A DNA stretch of 64,000 nucleotides from Psammoneis japonica (GCA_008632985.1 QPGO01000084.1:186001-250000), one strand, 5' to 3'; positions 1 through 12,546 are shown, numbered from the stretch's first letter. The notes: generated by a model from the letters alone, not told the origin. Translations and numbers: made by a program.

Positions 1-376
1 CTGTGAGAAGGAGAGCGCCTCTGTGCAATGCTCTGCTGCTGTTTTGTCTGCTGTCAACACATCTTTCTCTCCAGACAATGGCGCAGTTGTTGGCAATTTG
101 AACAATGACCCCATGTTTGGTTTTGATGATGATGATTCACCCCATCCTCCCCTTCCTGAAGCCCTTTTGAATCCAGGTCCATGACTCTCCTGTCAGCTCT
201 CCTGCCATTGGAGACATCTGTCCCCCCTTTTGTTCAACACTTGGGCCCCAATTTGTCTTGTTTTCTAACAATGCTGCACCTGCCCTTGGAAAGGACAGCC
301 CTGCAGATGTTCCTGATTTTGCCACAGCTCTGACTCTGGCTGTTGACGACGGGGTGCTTGGGATCCCCCTCTGACA

Positions 377-2700
377 ATGTCGCCCCCAGCAGATGACACT
401 TCTTCTCCATCTTTCTGTGATGGCTTGGCCGCAGATTCCTCATTTGATCCCAAAAAATCACTGGGAAAGATGCACAATCTTGTTTCTGATGAGGACTTTG
501 ATGACGTTCCTCTGGAATGCTTGCCCGGTGCCACACATGTGGTTCATCTGCTGCATCTTTGTCATTGGTCTGGTGCTGCAATTGACTTCCTTGACAAAGC
601 AATGAGAGCAGTTCATGAAGAGCAGCATGATGCCGGAAAGTGGTTGGATTTGACACAGCCTCATGCTGCAACTGCTGTGGCAATGAAGTGACTTTGGGCT
701 GTTCTCCAAGAACATCCCTCTCTCCCCATGCTGCAGCTGCAATGCTTGAGTGCAACAACCCACCACATCAGCAGAAGAGTGGCCCCAAATGTGGCCCCGC
801 CTTTTCCAGTTGCAACTTCATTGAGTCATTGCAGGATCTGTTTGCAGAGCTTGTTTTCTGTGATCTTTCAAAGTTGCAGGTGCAAATCCAGACAATGTTT
901 GGTCAGGACTTCTGGCACCCCCCCCTGTTGGTGGCAACACTTGGTTCCCAGATTGTCCTGGTGACAAGTGATTGGCAACTCAAAGTCAAGACATGGGAGG
1001 AGGCAAAAAATGGCTCCAACATTGTTCAAACATTTGGGGAGCTGCTGCAGCCAATTTTCATGTTTGCCCCATCAACTGTTCTGACAAGACTGGTGTCATC
1101 ACTTGTGGTCAATCCACAAAGGATGGAGCCCCTCATGCATTCACTTGCAATGGCCTGAGAGAAGGTGCTGCAGGATTGTTGTTGCTGGTGCCCTCTTGGG
1201 TTCATTTCAAATGTGGGCAAGCAAGACAAGAAGGGTGTGTTTGGGTGCCTTGTTGTTGCCAAAGTTTGCCACACTCCAGAGTTGCTTCATGGACTGCTTC
1301 ATTGTGACCAGGCCAGTCCACTTGTTGTTCCTGCAATCATTGAAGCTGAGCACCAGCATGTGAGAACCACAATGTGCCACAACTCCCTCTGTTGGGTGAC
1401 ATCCTGAATCAAGAAAAAAACTGTGGCAGAGTCATCAGCTGAGGCAAGATGGAGCAATTGTTGCACAATTGCCACATGCTCTCATGGCATGTGAAGCAAG
1501 TTTCTCAAAAGCACTGCATGATGCCCACACACAAAAAGGCAGAGAATGAGCTTTCTTTTCCCAAAATGCTGAGGCAAGTGTTTGCTGGTCAGCATGCTTT
1601 TGACAATGTGCACTTTCCCATGCCATTGACATGGGCAAAATGCCCCTGTGGTGCATTTGGCATGAATGTGTGACTGTCTGCAACACAATGCACAGTGTGA
1701 CAGAGGCAGGTGTTGTGATGGAGGCAACAGTCAGAGAAATGCCTGACAAACAGAAAGATGAGCATGACCAGTTTGCCTTGGAATTGCTCTGCACAGCTTG
1801 GCACTGTCATCCAGGAGGTCAGAGGCACAAACACTCACACCTGTGAGTGAACGGCAGTCTTTCTGCCCTCAGCCAGCTGGCTTGTGATGAGAAGATTGGC
1901 AAGCTGCATGAGCTGGCCATTGTTGGCCACACTCTGGCTGGCAGGAAACTGTTGGAGAAGAGGTGTGATCCTTCCTTCAACAGTGGTCAAAAAGAAAAAA
2001 AAAGCTGCTGACAGCTGTGCCTGCAAGGGAAAGAAGAAACAAGAAGAGCAAATGACTGAGTCCTTCATGACACTCACATCAGAGGGGCCCACTTCAGAAT
2101 CAGAGCCCCAGCCAGTCAACCCTGCATCCAAATCGTCAAACTGGATGACATGGAGTTTGAGGTTTGGCTCCTTGTTTGATTGCCTTGAGATTTTCTCCAC
2201 AAAACACTCCAGCTCGCCGACTGCACTTTGGTGCTCCAAGTTGTCAAGCACCAACGTAAGACACGTTCTCTTGTTGCAGCAATTGCAGTCATCCACCTCA
2301 CTTGCCTTGACAGACATGAATGTTTTGGGATCAAAGCACATGGCCATGTCGCTGTCTTCATTGAATGGGCCAGCGCAGTTTGAACTGCAACACTGGCACT
2401 GTCATCCAGGAGGTCAAAGGCACAAACACTCACACCTGTGAGTGAACGGCAGTCTTTCTGCCCTCAGCCAGCTGACTTGTGATGAGAAGATTGGCAAGCT
2501 GCATGTGCTGGCCATTGTTGGCTACACTCTGGCTTGCAGGAAACTGCTGGAGAAGAGGTGTGATCCTTCCTTTGACAGCGGTCAAAAAGAAAAAAAAAGC
2601 TGCTGACAGCTGTGCCTGCAAGGGAAAGAAGAAACAAGAAGAGCAAATGACTGAGTCCTTCATGACACTCACACAGGGGAGGTGGTGGCTAAAAAACATC
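377..2700 (+). mobile_element. Decayed Plavaka-like transposase remnant
   Basis: Frameshifted motifs CSDKTG (YSDKTG after TA restoration), MEPLMHSL (LEPxMYSL-like), WCPLGFI (WRPLGFI) and GxFGxxxxDxL appear in the order expected for Plavaka-type transposases. Recognised by eye; boundaries approximate. Confidence 0.45.
1799..2673 (+). repeat. 280-bp direct duplication (1799-2078 and 2394-2673)
   Basis: Near-identical copies. Differences include CA/TA, CA/TG and TG/CG pairs. Confidence 0.9.
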
Positions 2701-3963
2701 TGTTGATTGCAGAGTGGATGATCTGTTGGATTTGTTGCATTGCTTGCTTTTGCTCCACATGCTGTGCATCTGTGGGAAGGAACTTTGTGCAAAAGCTGGC
2801 AAGGTGGATTTCAAGTGCTGCACTGCCTTGCTCATGTTTAAAACAAAAGCTTGCCTTCAATCATGAGCAGCCAACACTTGCTCACTCAGATGGCCAAGCT
2901 CCATTCCTTGCTGCATCTCATCATTGTTTCTTTTTGGGAAAATTGTGAGTTTCCCTGCAATGGTTTTTGGTTGGAGCCATCTCAAGTTTTGGGCAAAGCT
3001 GCCAGCAAAAACTTGCCAGGTTGCTCTGGGTTCCAACAATTTCCTCAGCCAACAACCAGCTCTTGCTTGTTTGTGTGGCATGGCTGTTCTAGAAAATGCT
3101 TGTGGCTTGCTCGTTTCTCCCAAAGTTGGTCAGGCAGCTGTCTCATCATTGGAGGAAAAAATCAATGCACCCATTGCATTTGTTGTCAGTTGAGTGACCC
3201 ACAACTGCTGCTGGTGTTCAGGCAGCAACTTCCAAAGGACAGTGCCCAAAAACAGCACAGTTGCATGCAGCGCTGCTTGAATTTTCATTGTTTGGTCAAA
3301 CAAGTGCTGTCTCTGTCCATGCAGAGCCTTCGATTGTCAGGCGCAACTTCAAGGGACAGTCAAAGGCAAAACCGTTTTGACACACAAGCTGCTTGCAATT
3401 GCTGGTCATGCCAACACTTGGCTGCTGCTCTTCAGCAGAATCATCAGTGCAAGTCACAGAGGTCTGTGCACAGGGCACTTTTGCACCAAAATTCTCCTGC
3501 TGTGGGAGTCCTGAGTTGCAAGCCATTGCTGGCATTTGCCAGTTGCAGCCAGCAGCAAAGTGCAAGCTGCAGCAGACCATTCATGACATTGTTGACTCAC
3601 ACAGCACAAGTTGTTGGAAATTCTGCTCCGCGCATTTGTTGCAGTGCCACAAAATTCTTGAGACTGCAACAAGACAAGTTTTCTGCCAGTTGCATCTGTC
3701 AGTCAGATTGCAACATTTTTTGTGCTGCACAACAAACAGCTTGGTCAACTTGAGAACAAGTGCAAGTTTCAAAATTTGTGCAAGAACTGCCATGATTTTT
3801 TGTCTTTTCACAGCAGAGCATGCAAATGCACAAAGGCTGCTGTTGAGCTGCACTTGCTCTCCACACTGCAGAGAGCGGAGTGTGATGTGGGCAGCAGCAC
3901 AGCACAAAAAGCAGCATTTCCACAAGGGACAAACATGCAAGACATTGTGGAGCCATGCACTCA

Positions 3964-4100
3964 TTTGCAAAATTGCCAGCCAAATTCTTCAAGAGCTGCC
4001 TGGCTGCGGAGGTTTTCTTGGGAGCTGCTCTTTGCAAAATTGCCAGCCAAACTCTTCAAGAGCTTCCTGGCTGTGGAGGTTTTCTTGGGAGCTGCTCTTT
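3964..4100 (+). repeat. Tandem duplication, 2 x 67 bp
   Basis: tttgcaaaattgccagccaa...gggagctgctc repeated at 3964 and 4031. Confidence 0.85.
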
Positions 4101-6100
4101 CATTTTGCTGACAAGCTGCCATTGCTGGAGCTGACAATTTCTGAGCAGCATTTCAGCAACCAGCAAGTCTCGTCTCTCCTCTTGAAGAGCAGCTTGTTGC
4201 ACTTTTCACTGTGAGCACTGACTGGCCAGCAGAGTCCAAACACAGCTGGTGTTTGAGCTTCAGCTCTCTGCACTTCTGTGGGAGTTTCTGGTGGCAGCAA
4301 CAGATTGCTCATGTGATGGAGGCAACACTGATGCACCCCGTTGTTTCCAAGAAAAGGGGCTCTGGTTTTTGGAGACGAGGGGTGTGCGCACTTTTTGTTG
4401 CCCCACTTCATGAACACCAAGCCCAGCTTGTGCTCATCTGCACTGTGTTTTCTTCTTGAAGAGCTTGCAACAGCAAACAAGAGTGGGTTGAAGCTCAAAG
4501 TGCTCATCTGCATCCAACCACATTGCAGCACATGCTCTTTTCATCAGCTGGGTTGGTGTGTCACAAAAGCTGTTTTGAGACCGCGCTTCCAATCACATCA
4601 CAACACACAGGAGAGCCCTCTTGGTTGGTTGGGTTGTTGGTGGTGATCCATTGTTTTAGAGACAAAACAGTTGAAACAATGCAGCATTGGCATCGATGTC
4701 AAATTTCACATTTCCATGTCACATGGACTCGAACCAGCGTTTCATGGCTCTCTTTGTTTTTTCTCCCCTCTTTTTCTGCTCTTTTTTTTCGTGATGCAGA
4801 TGCAGGCCTACCGGTACAGTACACGGCACCTCTGACCTCTGCCGAAGTGGTGCTGAGAAGCAGGCTGTTGCCGTCGAAGGATCCATGCCCAGGCCTATCG
4901 CTTTTGCGCATGTCAAAATAGGAAAGACGAGCTAGTGAAAGAACTCGTATATTTCGGGCTCTTCGCTCACGGTGCAGGCGGCGACTGTATCCCGACTGTG
5001 CGTTTTGTTGACAGTTCGGAATTTGAAATGATGTTGCATCAGACATGCAGCAACAGTACGGACTTCTTGGCGACAATAACAGTGGAAGCGTCTTCACTAG
5101 ATGCACTCTACGCAAAGTCGTCCCCGAAGCAAGTATAAATCCAGAGCTCCAAATTTTGGACGAAGGGGAGATCATGCAAGCCGCTGGTGAGCAGAGCTAT
5201 GAAGAACTCATTGGGGATTCTCTATGACGGTGTCGCAAAAGTGAAGTAGATGAAGCATAGCGGTTCGTCAGCAACCTGATGTCGAGCCTTGAGAGCCGAG
5301 TAGAAGCTCAAAGTCGAGAGAAGAGGCAGAAGCTTATCGAAGCGCATTTGAAAATTAAAGCGTTGAAGATATGTTCCAGCAATCAAAACGCACTGTGGAC
5401 ATAAGGCTCGATACGCAAAGAATGTTACCATATTCGTCACAATTGCAGATTCAGAGACTGGAAAATCTGCAGCTAGCCCGAAAAGGGGCACAAGCAATTG
5501 TCGTATAACGTGCTGACTTGTAGTACGAGCGTCAACAACGGGGCGGGGGTCATCAAATCGATGTAAAGCCGGCAATGCCTCATGCACATCTAGCGAGGAC
5601 AATAGATAGACTGGGTTTCAAGGGGGGGGGGTCACCATTTACGACGTCAGCTGCAACAAATACTTGGAATCAGACCATCGTATGGAAATTGAATTTGTGT
5701 TGAGAAAAAGCAATTGTCATTTCTAATTAGAGGGGTTAGATTGGTATTCCCGTCACAAGTCTTTCGATGACGTGGGTAGCGAGCATCTTCCCGCTGGCCA
5801 AGCAAAGATCAAGCTCACTAGCAAACTTGCATACGAAACTTACGTCAAACAGAAGAAAATGGATGCTGGGAGAGATATCTCGAAAGTGGCGGATTGGTTT
5901 GATTATTTGTTCTGAAACGGAAGAAGATGACTCCGTGAAACATGTGCTCGGTAACATCAAGGCATCAGATGGAGCTGGGTTCTCTCTGCTGCATACTGCA
6001 GTGATGGGATGCAAGAATTGATGCACGCGCAGGATCGACCATATCAAGTCGCCGCTTGGTTCCATACTTGACGTCGGCCAAGGGTAGAGACCGAACTGTA

Positions 6101-6146
6101 ACATTGCGAGATACTGTACATTGCGAGATACTGTACATTGCGAGAT
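6101..6146 (+). repeat. 17-bp minisatellite, ~2.7 copies
   Basis: Unit acattgcgagatactgt. Confidence 0.9.
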
Positions 6147-6330
6147 GCTAAGCTGTCATGAAACACAGTCCCAAGAGTGTAATGGAATTGGGAGCCAAGG
6201 TGCGGGGTGTCCAGTTTTGAACCAAATAGGTGGCTAGCGGAGACAGCACATATAGAGTAGTGATATAAGAGTGATTGGTCTTCACCGACGAAAGATAATA
6301 AAAATTCTCTAACAGGCCATCTACAGTGAT

Positions 6331-7353
6331 TTAGGAGCTGTAGGAGTGGCGGTCCAAACAATCTTGAAGCTTCTTCCTCACCATGTTTGACTCTTGAATG
6401 TAGCGCTCTGTTTGGAAGATCTTCTTACATTTCTCGTGTTCCTTGTCTTTGACAGGAGTGGTGCGAGGGTTGACCAAAATGCCTGAGATGGGGAACACAC
6501 GAGCAGTGGCCTGACACACTCTGAACTGGAAGGAATAAGTCACATTGTCAGGGTTGGTGATTTGGGACGAGTGTTTCCAACCAAGGTTTGGCATCTCATC
6601 CCTTCCATCCAAGACAAACACTTGGCCAGTTTTCTGCTCAAATGCCACCTCTTTTACAACCTTGTCGGAGCCTTCCGGAACTCTTCCAAACACCAGCTCT
6701 TTGCTGTCTCCAAAGGTGACAATGGCCACTGGAGTGCCAGGAACTTGAGAGTTGTTTGGAGCAGGCATTCCAGTCTCCAAATCATACGCTACATCAGCAT
6801 GCCATCCCAGAGATTTCAGGACCTGGTTTTTTCTGCCGACCACAGTGTTGCAAGAGAAGTAAATTTTCACACTGACCAGATTGAAAGACATGCCTTGCAT
6901 TGCTGCCCGCCACTGCTCGTTTTTCTTCACTTCCAGGCTCAGCTTGTTGCAAATTTCAGTCATTGTGGGTGTCATGCAGAACAGAGGCTTGGTGTTTGGA
7001 TCCAGCCCCACAGATTGCTGCCCGCTGCCATTGGCGTAGCTTGTGCGAACCACAGAGTTGGGGTGCTCTTGGGTGCCGCCACCCACATTTGTGCCAAAGT
7101 AAATGTTGAATGCTGCTTTGGACATCAAAGCAGGCCTGGAGGGGTTGTTGATGGGAGCTTTTGGCGTGTCAACAATGCAATTTTCATTCACCTCCTCAAC
7201 CACTTTTTGCAACTTCTGTTTGTGCCACCTTTTCAGGCTCAATTCCATGGGGAGGAACTTTGAATGAAATTGTGACGTTGCACGGAGACTTTTCAGGAGG
7301 CTGCGGTTCTTGGCCTTTGCATCACCATCCCGCAAGAAAGGCTCGTTTCCCAT
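6331..7353 (-). CDS. AlkB-like 2OG-Fe(II) dioxygenase domain protein (~340 aa)
   Basis: Open frame from MGNEPF. Contains LGWHAD (HxD), PVAIVTFGDSKELVF, GQVFVLDG, WKHS (distal His) and YSFQFR, which matches the AlkB-type double-stranded beta-helix pattern. Confidence 0.65.
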   Translation of the reverse strand: MGNEPFLRDGDAKAKNRSLLKSLRATSQFHSKFLPMELSLKRWHKQKLQKVVEEVNENCIVDTPKAPINNPSRPALMSKAAFNIYFGTNVGGGTQEHPNSVVRTSYANGSGQQSVGLDPNTKPLFCMTPTMTEICNKLSLEVKKNEQWRAAMQGMSFNLVSVKIYFSCNTVVGRKNQVLKSLGWHADVAYDLETGMPAPNNSQVPGTPVAIVTFGDSKELVFGRVPEGSDKVVKEVAFEQKTGQVFVLDGRDEMPNLGWKHSSQITNPDNVTYSFQFRVCQATARVFPISGILVNPRTTPVKDKEHEKCKKIFQTERYIQESNMVRKKLQDCLDRHSYSS

Positions 7354-8361
7354 GGCGCCGTGACTTTTTTTGCGCAGAAATAAAAATATGAATGGCCTTC
7401 GAGCGAGTTGACGACGACTCCCTCGCTCGCGCGCCACGGGAATTGACAACTCATATGGTAATGTACGTGCTGCACCGGTACAGGATTTGTCATACCGGTG
7501 GGCACGGCAAACTTGCGTGCAGGCAGCAACTGTGACGGTGGTCCGTCTCCAAGTGGCCTCTTCTGATTGGCCCGCGCCGCCTGCTTCGTCATACGCAAAG
7601 CGCAAAACAACGCCGCCGTGCTGTGCGTCAGCGAAGTCGTAGCAATCATACCTACTTGTACATACGGAAGAACTACATGACTTGTCACACAGCTAATTTT
7701 TTCGTTTGTGTAGGATCTTCCATGTTTTATACGGCTGAGTAGAAGCGTACGAATTTTTTGTACCAGTGTCTTTTTTTGATGGATTGCTCGGGCCAGCTCC
7801 GCATCCAGGGTGCACAATGGCACAATGCGATGCATGGCAGAGCCACTGAGAAGCCATTCTCCATCAAGAGACATGATAGTGATGGATGCCCCCTATCCAC
7901 ATGGGCTGCGCTTTTGTGGACGTAGCATTGCATCCGTCTTGGTCGCCATCTGTTCCCATGGATTGGTGGACCAAATCTGAGGCACGAGTTCTCTTTGCAC
8001 TGCCAATTGCTCTGGGATTTTCTTTGCATTTCAAAGCCGTGTCATGTTCAATTTATGCAATTTTCCACCTTGAGCAGTGGGAATGCTGCGCATCAGCAAG
8101 AGACCAGCCAAGCTGGGTGTTCGATCTCAATGTGTTGACGATTAACACCTGCATGGATGAACACGCCAACCTGCGGAGTCGGCTTTATCAACGCAACAAA
8201 GACCATCAAGGAACAGTGTTCCTACGTATGCTTAGCGGTGGTATTTCGAACCTTTCGTCATGCCGTGTTGTTACATCATGCAATCCTTGAGTCCGGAATG
8301 GATGTTGGCATCGTGAATGCAAAGGAAATGCTTTATCGATGAATTAGATGACGATATGATG

Positions 8362-8400
8362 ATGCTATGCTATGCTATGCTATGCTATGCTATGCTATGC
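8362..8400 (+). repeat. (ATGCT)n microsatellite, ~7.8 units, inside the METH remnant
   Basis: Seen directly; expanded from the coding sequence ATG CTA TGC. Confidence 0.95.
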
Positions 8401-9469
8401 GAGAACTCGTATTCAACAAGACCGAGGATGCAACTGACGAGATGCTCAAGCGAACAGCGTACGAAAGAGCATGCATCAACGCCAGAAAGAAGGGCTCGCC
8501 TCCGCCCCGTCAGGAGCTGCGAAGAATCATGTCCCGAACCCCTATTTGAACTCCAATCTCACCCACGAGAACATTACTGCTATTCGCCAGAAATCAACTA
8601 CCGCAAGCAAAGATATCTGCATTGATTACTCGCAGCCTCGTGATTTATACCCTGAGTTATTTCCTCACTTTGTTCGAGGACTTGATTCAGCAAGAGAGTA
8701 CATTACGTCACTTTTTACAAGTCAAATCACGATGTGCGATGGTATCTTGAAGAGGGAGGATCAAAGTTGATTCGGGCTAACACCTTTTCTTCTACAACAA
8801 TCGCGATGACTGACTACAATATGGAGACATATGCTTACGAACTGAATAACTATGGTGCAAAGCTAGCTCGTGAAACTTGCGACGAGGTAAAAGCCAATGA
8901 TCCCACCAAGCCCCGTTTTGTTGTGGGTGCTATTTGACCAACGAACCGTATTGGTTGAATTTCTCCTTTCGGTAGAAGACCCGTCCGCCAGAAACGTAGC
9001 CTTTGACGAGTTGGTAGAGATGCACTTTGAGCAGGTTGTTGGGTTGGTCGACGGTGGGGCTGATATTCTAATGGTGGAAACCATTTTCGATACACTTAAC
9101 GCCAAGGCAGCATTGTTTGCAATTGGCGAGTTCTTGGACTTTTCGGGATTGGACATTCCCGAGTTTGTTTCTGGAACTCTTGTGGCCAGTCGGGCCGCAC
9201 CTTGTCTGGTCAAACTAGAGAAGCTTTCTACGTTTCGATCCGTCACGCGAAGCCCATGTGTGTGGGTCTTACCTGCGCTCTTGGTGCGCAACACATGACT
9301 TCGTTCGTTGAAGAAATTGACGAGGTTGTCGAATGCTTTCTCTGTGTGTACTCTAGCGCTGGTTCCCAACGCCATGGGTGGCTACGGAGAGACATGGCAG
9401 AGTACAACACGGTCTAAGTGCTAGCAAACGCAAGCTTACCGTGTCAACAAGAGAAACTCTTTCGTCACT

Positions 9470-9710
9470 GCCGAATTCTTAGCTTTTTGAAGCGAATTGA
9501 TCTGGAAACACTACAACGCTCGCCTGCGTTCAAAAAAGGTAAGCCCAAGTAGTTATGAACATCATCCACAACCAAATTCTCGATACCAGAAAGCCACATC
9601 TTAGGACGGCCAATGTCTGGAAGCCTTCTCGGCTTGTACTGCTCCGACATTTCGCGAATGGCCTTGATGCAGGGTAGAGTTGATCGGCAGCAACCACCAA
9701 CCATGAATCA
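9470..9710 (-). pseudogene. METH: Inverted METH segment (end of Hcy domain / start of pterin domain)
   Basis: Minus-strand MVGGCC...IKAI...LSGIE...FLNAGERC...SIRFKKL embedded in the plus-strand METH remnant. Confidence 0.85.
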
Positions 9711-10957
9711 ATTGCTGAAGTCTCTTGACTTTTGTTATCCATTTTAAGATGCGCGAGGACTACTATGCCGGTTTAGAGGACCGGTATTTCCTCACATTTG
9801 AACAGACCCAGGAGCAGAAATTCACAATTGTCTTTGACTCGTCGCCAGTTGCCCCTGCGCCCCCACAAGATGGGAATTACTGTACATGGATTGGGTAAGT
9901 CTAGAAACACGCGATCATTCTTGCTATTGTAATCCAGCATTCTTACAGCTCGGATCGTTTGTTCTCTACGATCAGAATCCTATTTTTTCGACTTGGGAGC
10001 TGCGTGCGGCCGGTACCCAAATCGTGGATATCCCAAGATTTTCAACGACGAGGCAGTCGGGGCTAAAGCCAAAAAACTGTTTGATGACGCCTAAGCCATA
10101 ATAATAAAAATAGTTAGAGACGGTAGCATGAATCTCATGGGTGTCGTTGGCTTGTTCCCATCCAATCTTAGCGAAGACGGATAGGATTTTATTGTGTACG
10201 TTCCGAAGAAGACCGAAACTCCAACAAGCTTATGAATAGCTTCTGCATGCTTCGCCGAGAACGAATCAGAGGATCCGGCCGTATGTTAGTCAAGCTGACT
10301 CCATCGCATCCAAAGGATACAATGATCACTTGGGTATGTTTGCCGTGTCTTGCTTTGGTAGTGAAGAACTAGCTAGTTGCAATGTACGAAGCCGAAAACG
10401 ACGATTATTCCAAAATCATGTGCCAAGCCCTGGCTGATCGTTTTGTCGAAGCTTTTGCGGAATACTTGCACCTACAGATGCGTGTCGATTTGTGGGGGTA
10501 TGCCAAGTTCAAACAGATCAACGAGGCGGACTTGTTGAAAATCAAATACGACAGGATTCGTCCTGCTCCAGGATACCCTTCCCAACCGGATCATACGGAG
10601 AAGACAACAATGGGGAACACGATTAAGGCCAAGGAGTTGGCGGTTATTGAATTGAGTGCATCTCTCAGTATGATGCCAGCAAGGTATGTATCGGCCTTAG
10701 TATTTGCCCACCCTGAATCTCAATACTTTGCGGTAGGACAGGTTTTGGCAAGGATCAAGTCGAAAGCTACTCAAAGAGGAAGGGTCTTGAGCTCGGCGTT
10801 ACCGAAAGATGGCTGTCTCCAGCATTGAACTACCAGGTACGAACGTGCTACAGTAGACTATGCAGAAAATAGACATTATGAACACATTCTTTGAACTCTT
10901 CATCTATTTGATACTGTCCATCGTGCTCGACTCAAGGAAACGCCAGAATACAAAGCC

Positions 10958-12546
10958 TTATTCTCCAAGGCTCTGTTTCTCCTGGTCACCTACATTGTCC
11001 ATAGTAGCTTGAATGTGCCGCAAAATATCCCCATTGGGCACCCCAACAAATTCTGCAATCAATGACTTTACCGTGTCTTTGTCCAGTGTGAAAAGGGCGC
11101 AGCTGTTGGACTTGTCGCAAACGGCCTTAAGAAACGTCTTCTCAAAGATATCGAGGAGGGCAAGCTTTTGATCAATCTCAGAACGGTGTTGCGTCAATGT
11201 GGCAGGCCCCGAGAAGCTTTTGAAATAGTCGCGGTCGCTTAGAGCCTAGTGCCCAAACAGCGAGCTCAAAATTGGTGCGGCGTATGGTTTCGGATGCGTG
11301 TGTAAAGATACCTGGATGGAAGTGCATCGCCTCCTCAATAAAGCTCGCGTCATTTCGGAGCTCCTCTGAAGCATGCCCAAAGCCAAACTCTTTCCACCAC
11401 GAGAAGCGGCAATGCTTTGCGAGAAGCATGAATTTGTCTCTGTCCGTTCTCCACTCTTCTGGGGGCTCGTCGCCCATCGGGAGGCCTGCCTCGAACCAAC
11501 CAGTTGAAAAGTCCTTCTCATTCAACATCTGCAATGGTAGGGCTTGAAGTAAATGATCCGCGTATGCGAAGTCGTGAGCAGAGAGTGAGCGGCTGAACGC
11601 TTTAAGCTGATCCACAACAAACTTTGAGTGCGTTGCAATAAAGTTAGGTGGCACACAGCCCAGTTTTCTAGGATCTTCGCGGACCATGTCTTTGACTGGT
11701 ATGTTGGCTGTCGGCACTTCGCCCAAGACAAAAGGATCGATTTTGCAAGCTTGCATTATGAAGTCAACATCGTCGATCAGTCTTGCAGGCACAAATTCAC
11801 CCGCAAACAGCTTATGGAGTGGGAATTGTGGGGATATTCAGCAACAAGTTTACGCCAGAATGCTTCATCTGTGCGCAGACCCCCATTGTTGCCGTGAAGA
11901 ATGTCCCAAGCCAGTGGGTGGCGACGACCCAAAAATTCTCCGCCCTCGAACAAAGCAACCTTGCGGCAAAATTCAAGGTTGTTTTGTAAATCTTCTGGGA
12001 CGTTTCCCCAACCAATGTCTTTACGTTGCAAACGACGCTCGATGTCGTCTTTAGTCAACAGCGGAGCATCCTGTTGAAGATTGCGGATCAGTCCACCCTT
12101 GACGAGAGCAAAGACAGACAATCTTCTGCTTTGACGGCATTCTTCCTTCGTCGGCTTGACCTTGTCCCAGTGGAGTAAACCGACTTTCAGAGCTGCCAAG
12201 GCGACCTCTCTATTATTCTCGAGCATTTCGGTTGGAATGTCCGACGGCAGGATGAAAGCTGGATCAAACGCATATTGGGCGTTTCTGGCCGATTCTTGGC
12301 CTTGTTTGCTCTGGAGAGCTTCAATCACACAGGTGGGATTGTGACGCAATTCTTCTGGGAAGTCCTTCCACAGTTTTTGGTCGCCGAGCAAAAACTTGTC
12401 AGAATCGTGAAGGAGCAATCGCATGGCGAGTTTGAGAGCTTTTGTTTGTTGATCAATGGTGTCCTTCTGAGACTGCAAATTGTGAGGTTTTGCATAAGGA
12501 CCGCCTCGTCGACTTTGCGCTTTTTGGAAGGTTGCTGCTGCTCCAT
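10958..12546 (-). pseudogene. DUF4116-type repeat protein, frameshifted
   Basis: Repeats PEELRHN, PTEMLENNREVALAAL, PEDLQNN and ASEELRND, plus a C-terminal LIAEFVGVP, are spread over 4 ORF pieces. Confidence 0.6.

Larger units (their letters stand above)
1..4808. other. TpA-erased (and CpG-poor) domain I
   Basis: By eye only about 7 TA dinucleotides in 4.8 kb (near 266, 2257, 2523, 2690, 2839, 3090, 4657), and CG is also scarce. ORF-track translations lack Tyr and are Cys/His/Gln rich. TA returns abruptly at 4809. Confidence 0.9.
8114..10835 (+). pseudogene. METH: Cobalamin-dependent methionine synthase pseudogene (frameshifts, stops, deletions, internal inversion)
   Basis: Pterin-domain motifs (VFDLNVLTI, SGGISNLS, GMDVGIVNA), Hcy-domain motifs ([31 protein letters not shown]) and activation-domain motifs (DDYSKIMCQALADR, IRPAPGYPSQPDHTEK). 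No B12-binding domain was seen. Confidence 0.9.

Noticed and set aside
1..4808. Cys/His-rich ORFs as real genes
   Set aside because: They overlap in all six frames and are explained by loss of TAA/TAG; the same applies to most ORFs at 32100-36400.
5930..6021. Ankyrin repeat fragment (GFSLLHTAVMG)
   Set aside because: A single short motif with stops nearby; too little support to call.
6101..6146. CRISPR-like array (also considered for 54986-55205 and 53865-53902)
   Set aside because: Contiguous tandem units without spacers, no cas genes, eukaryotic context.
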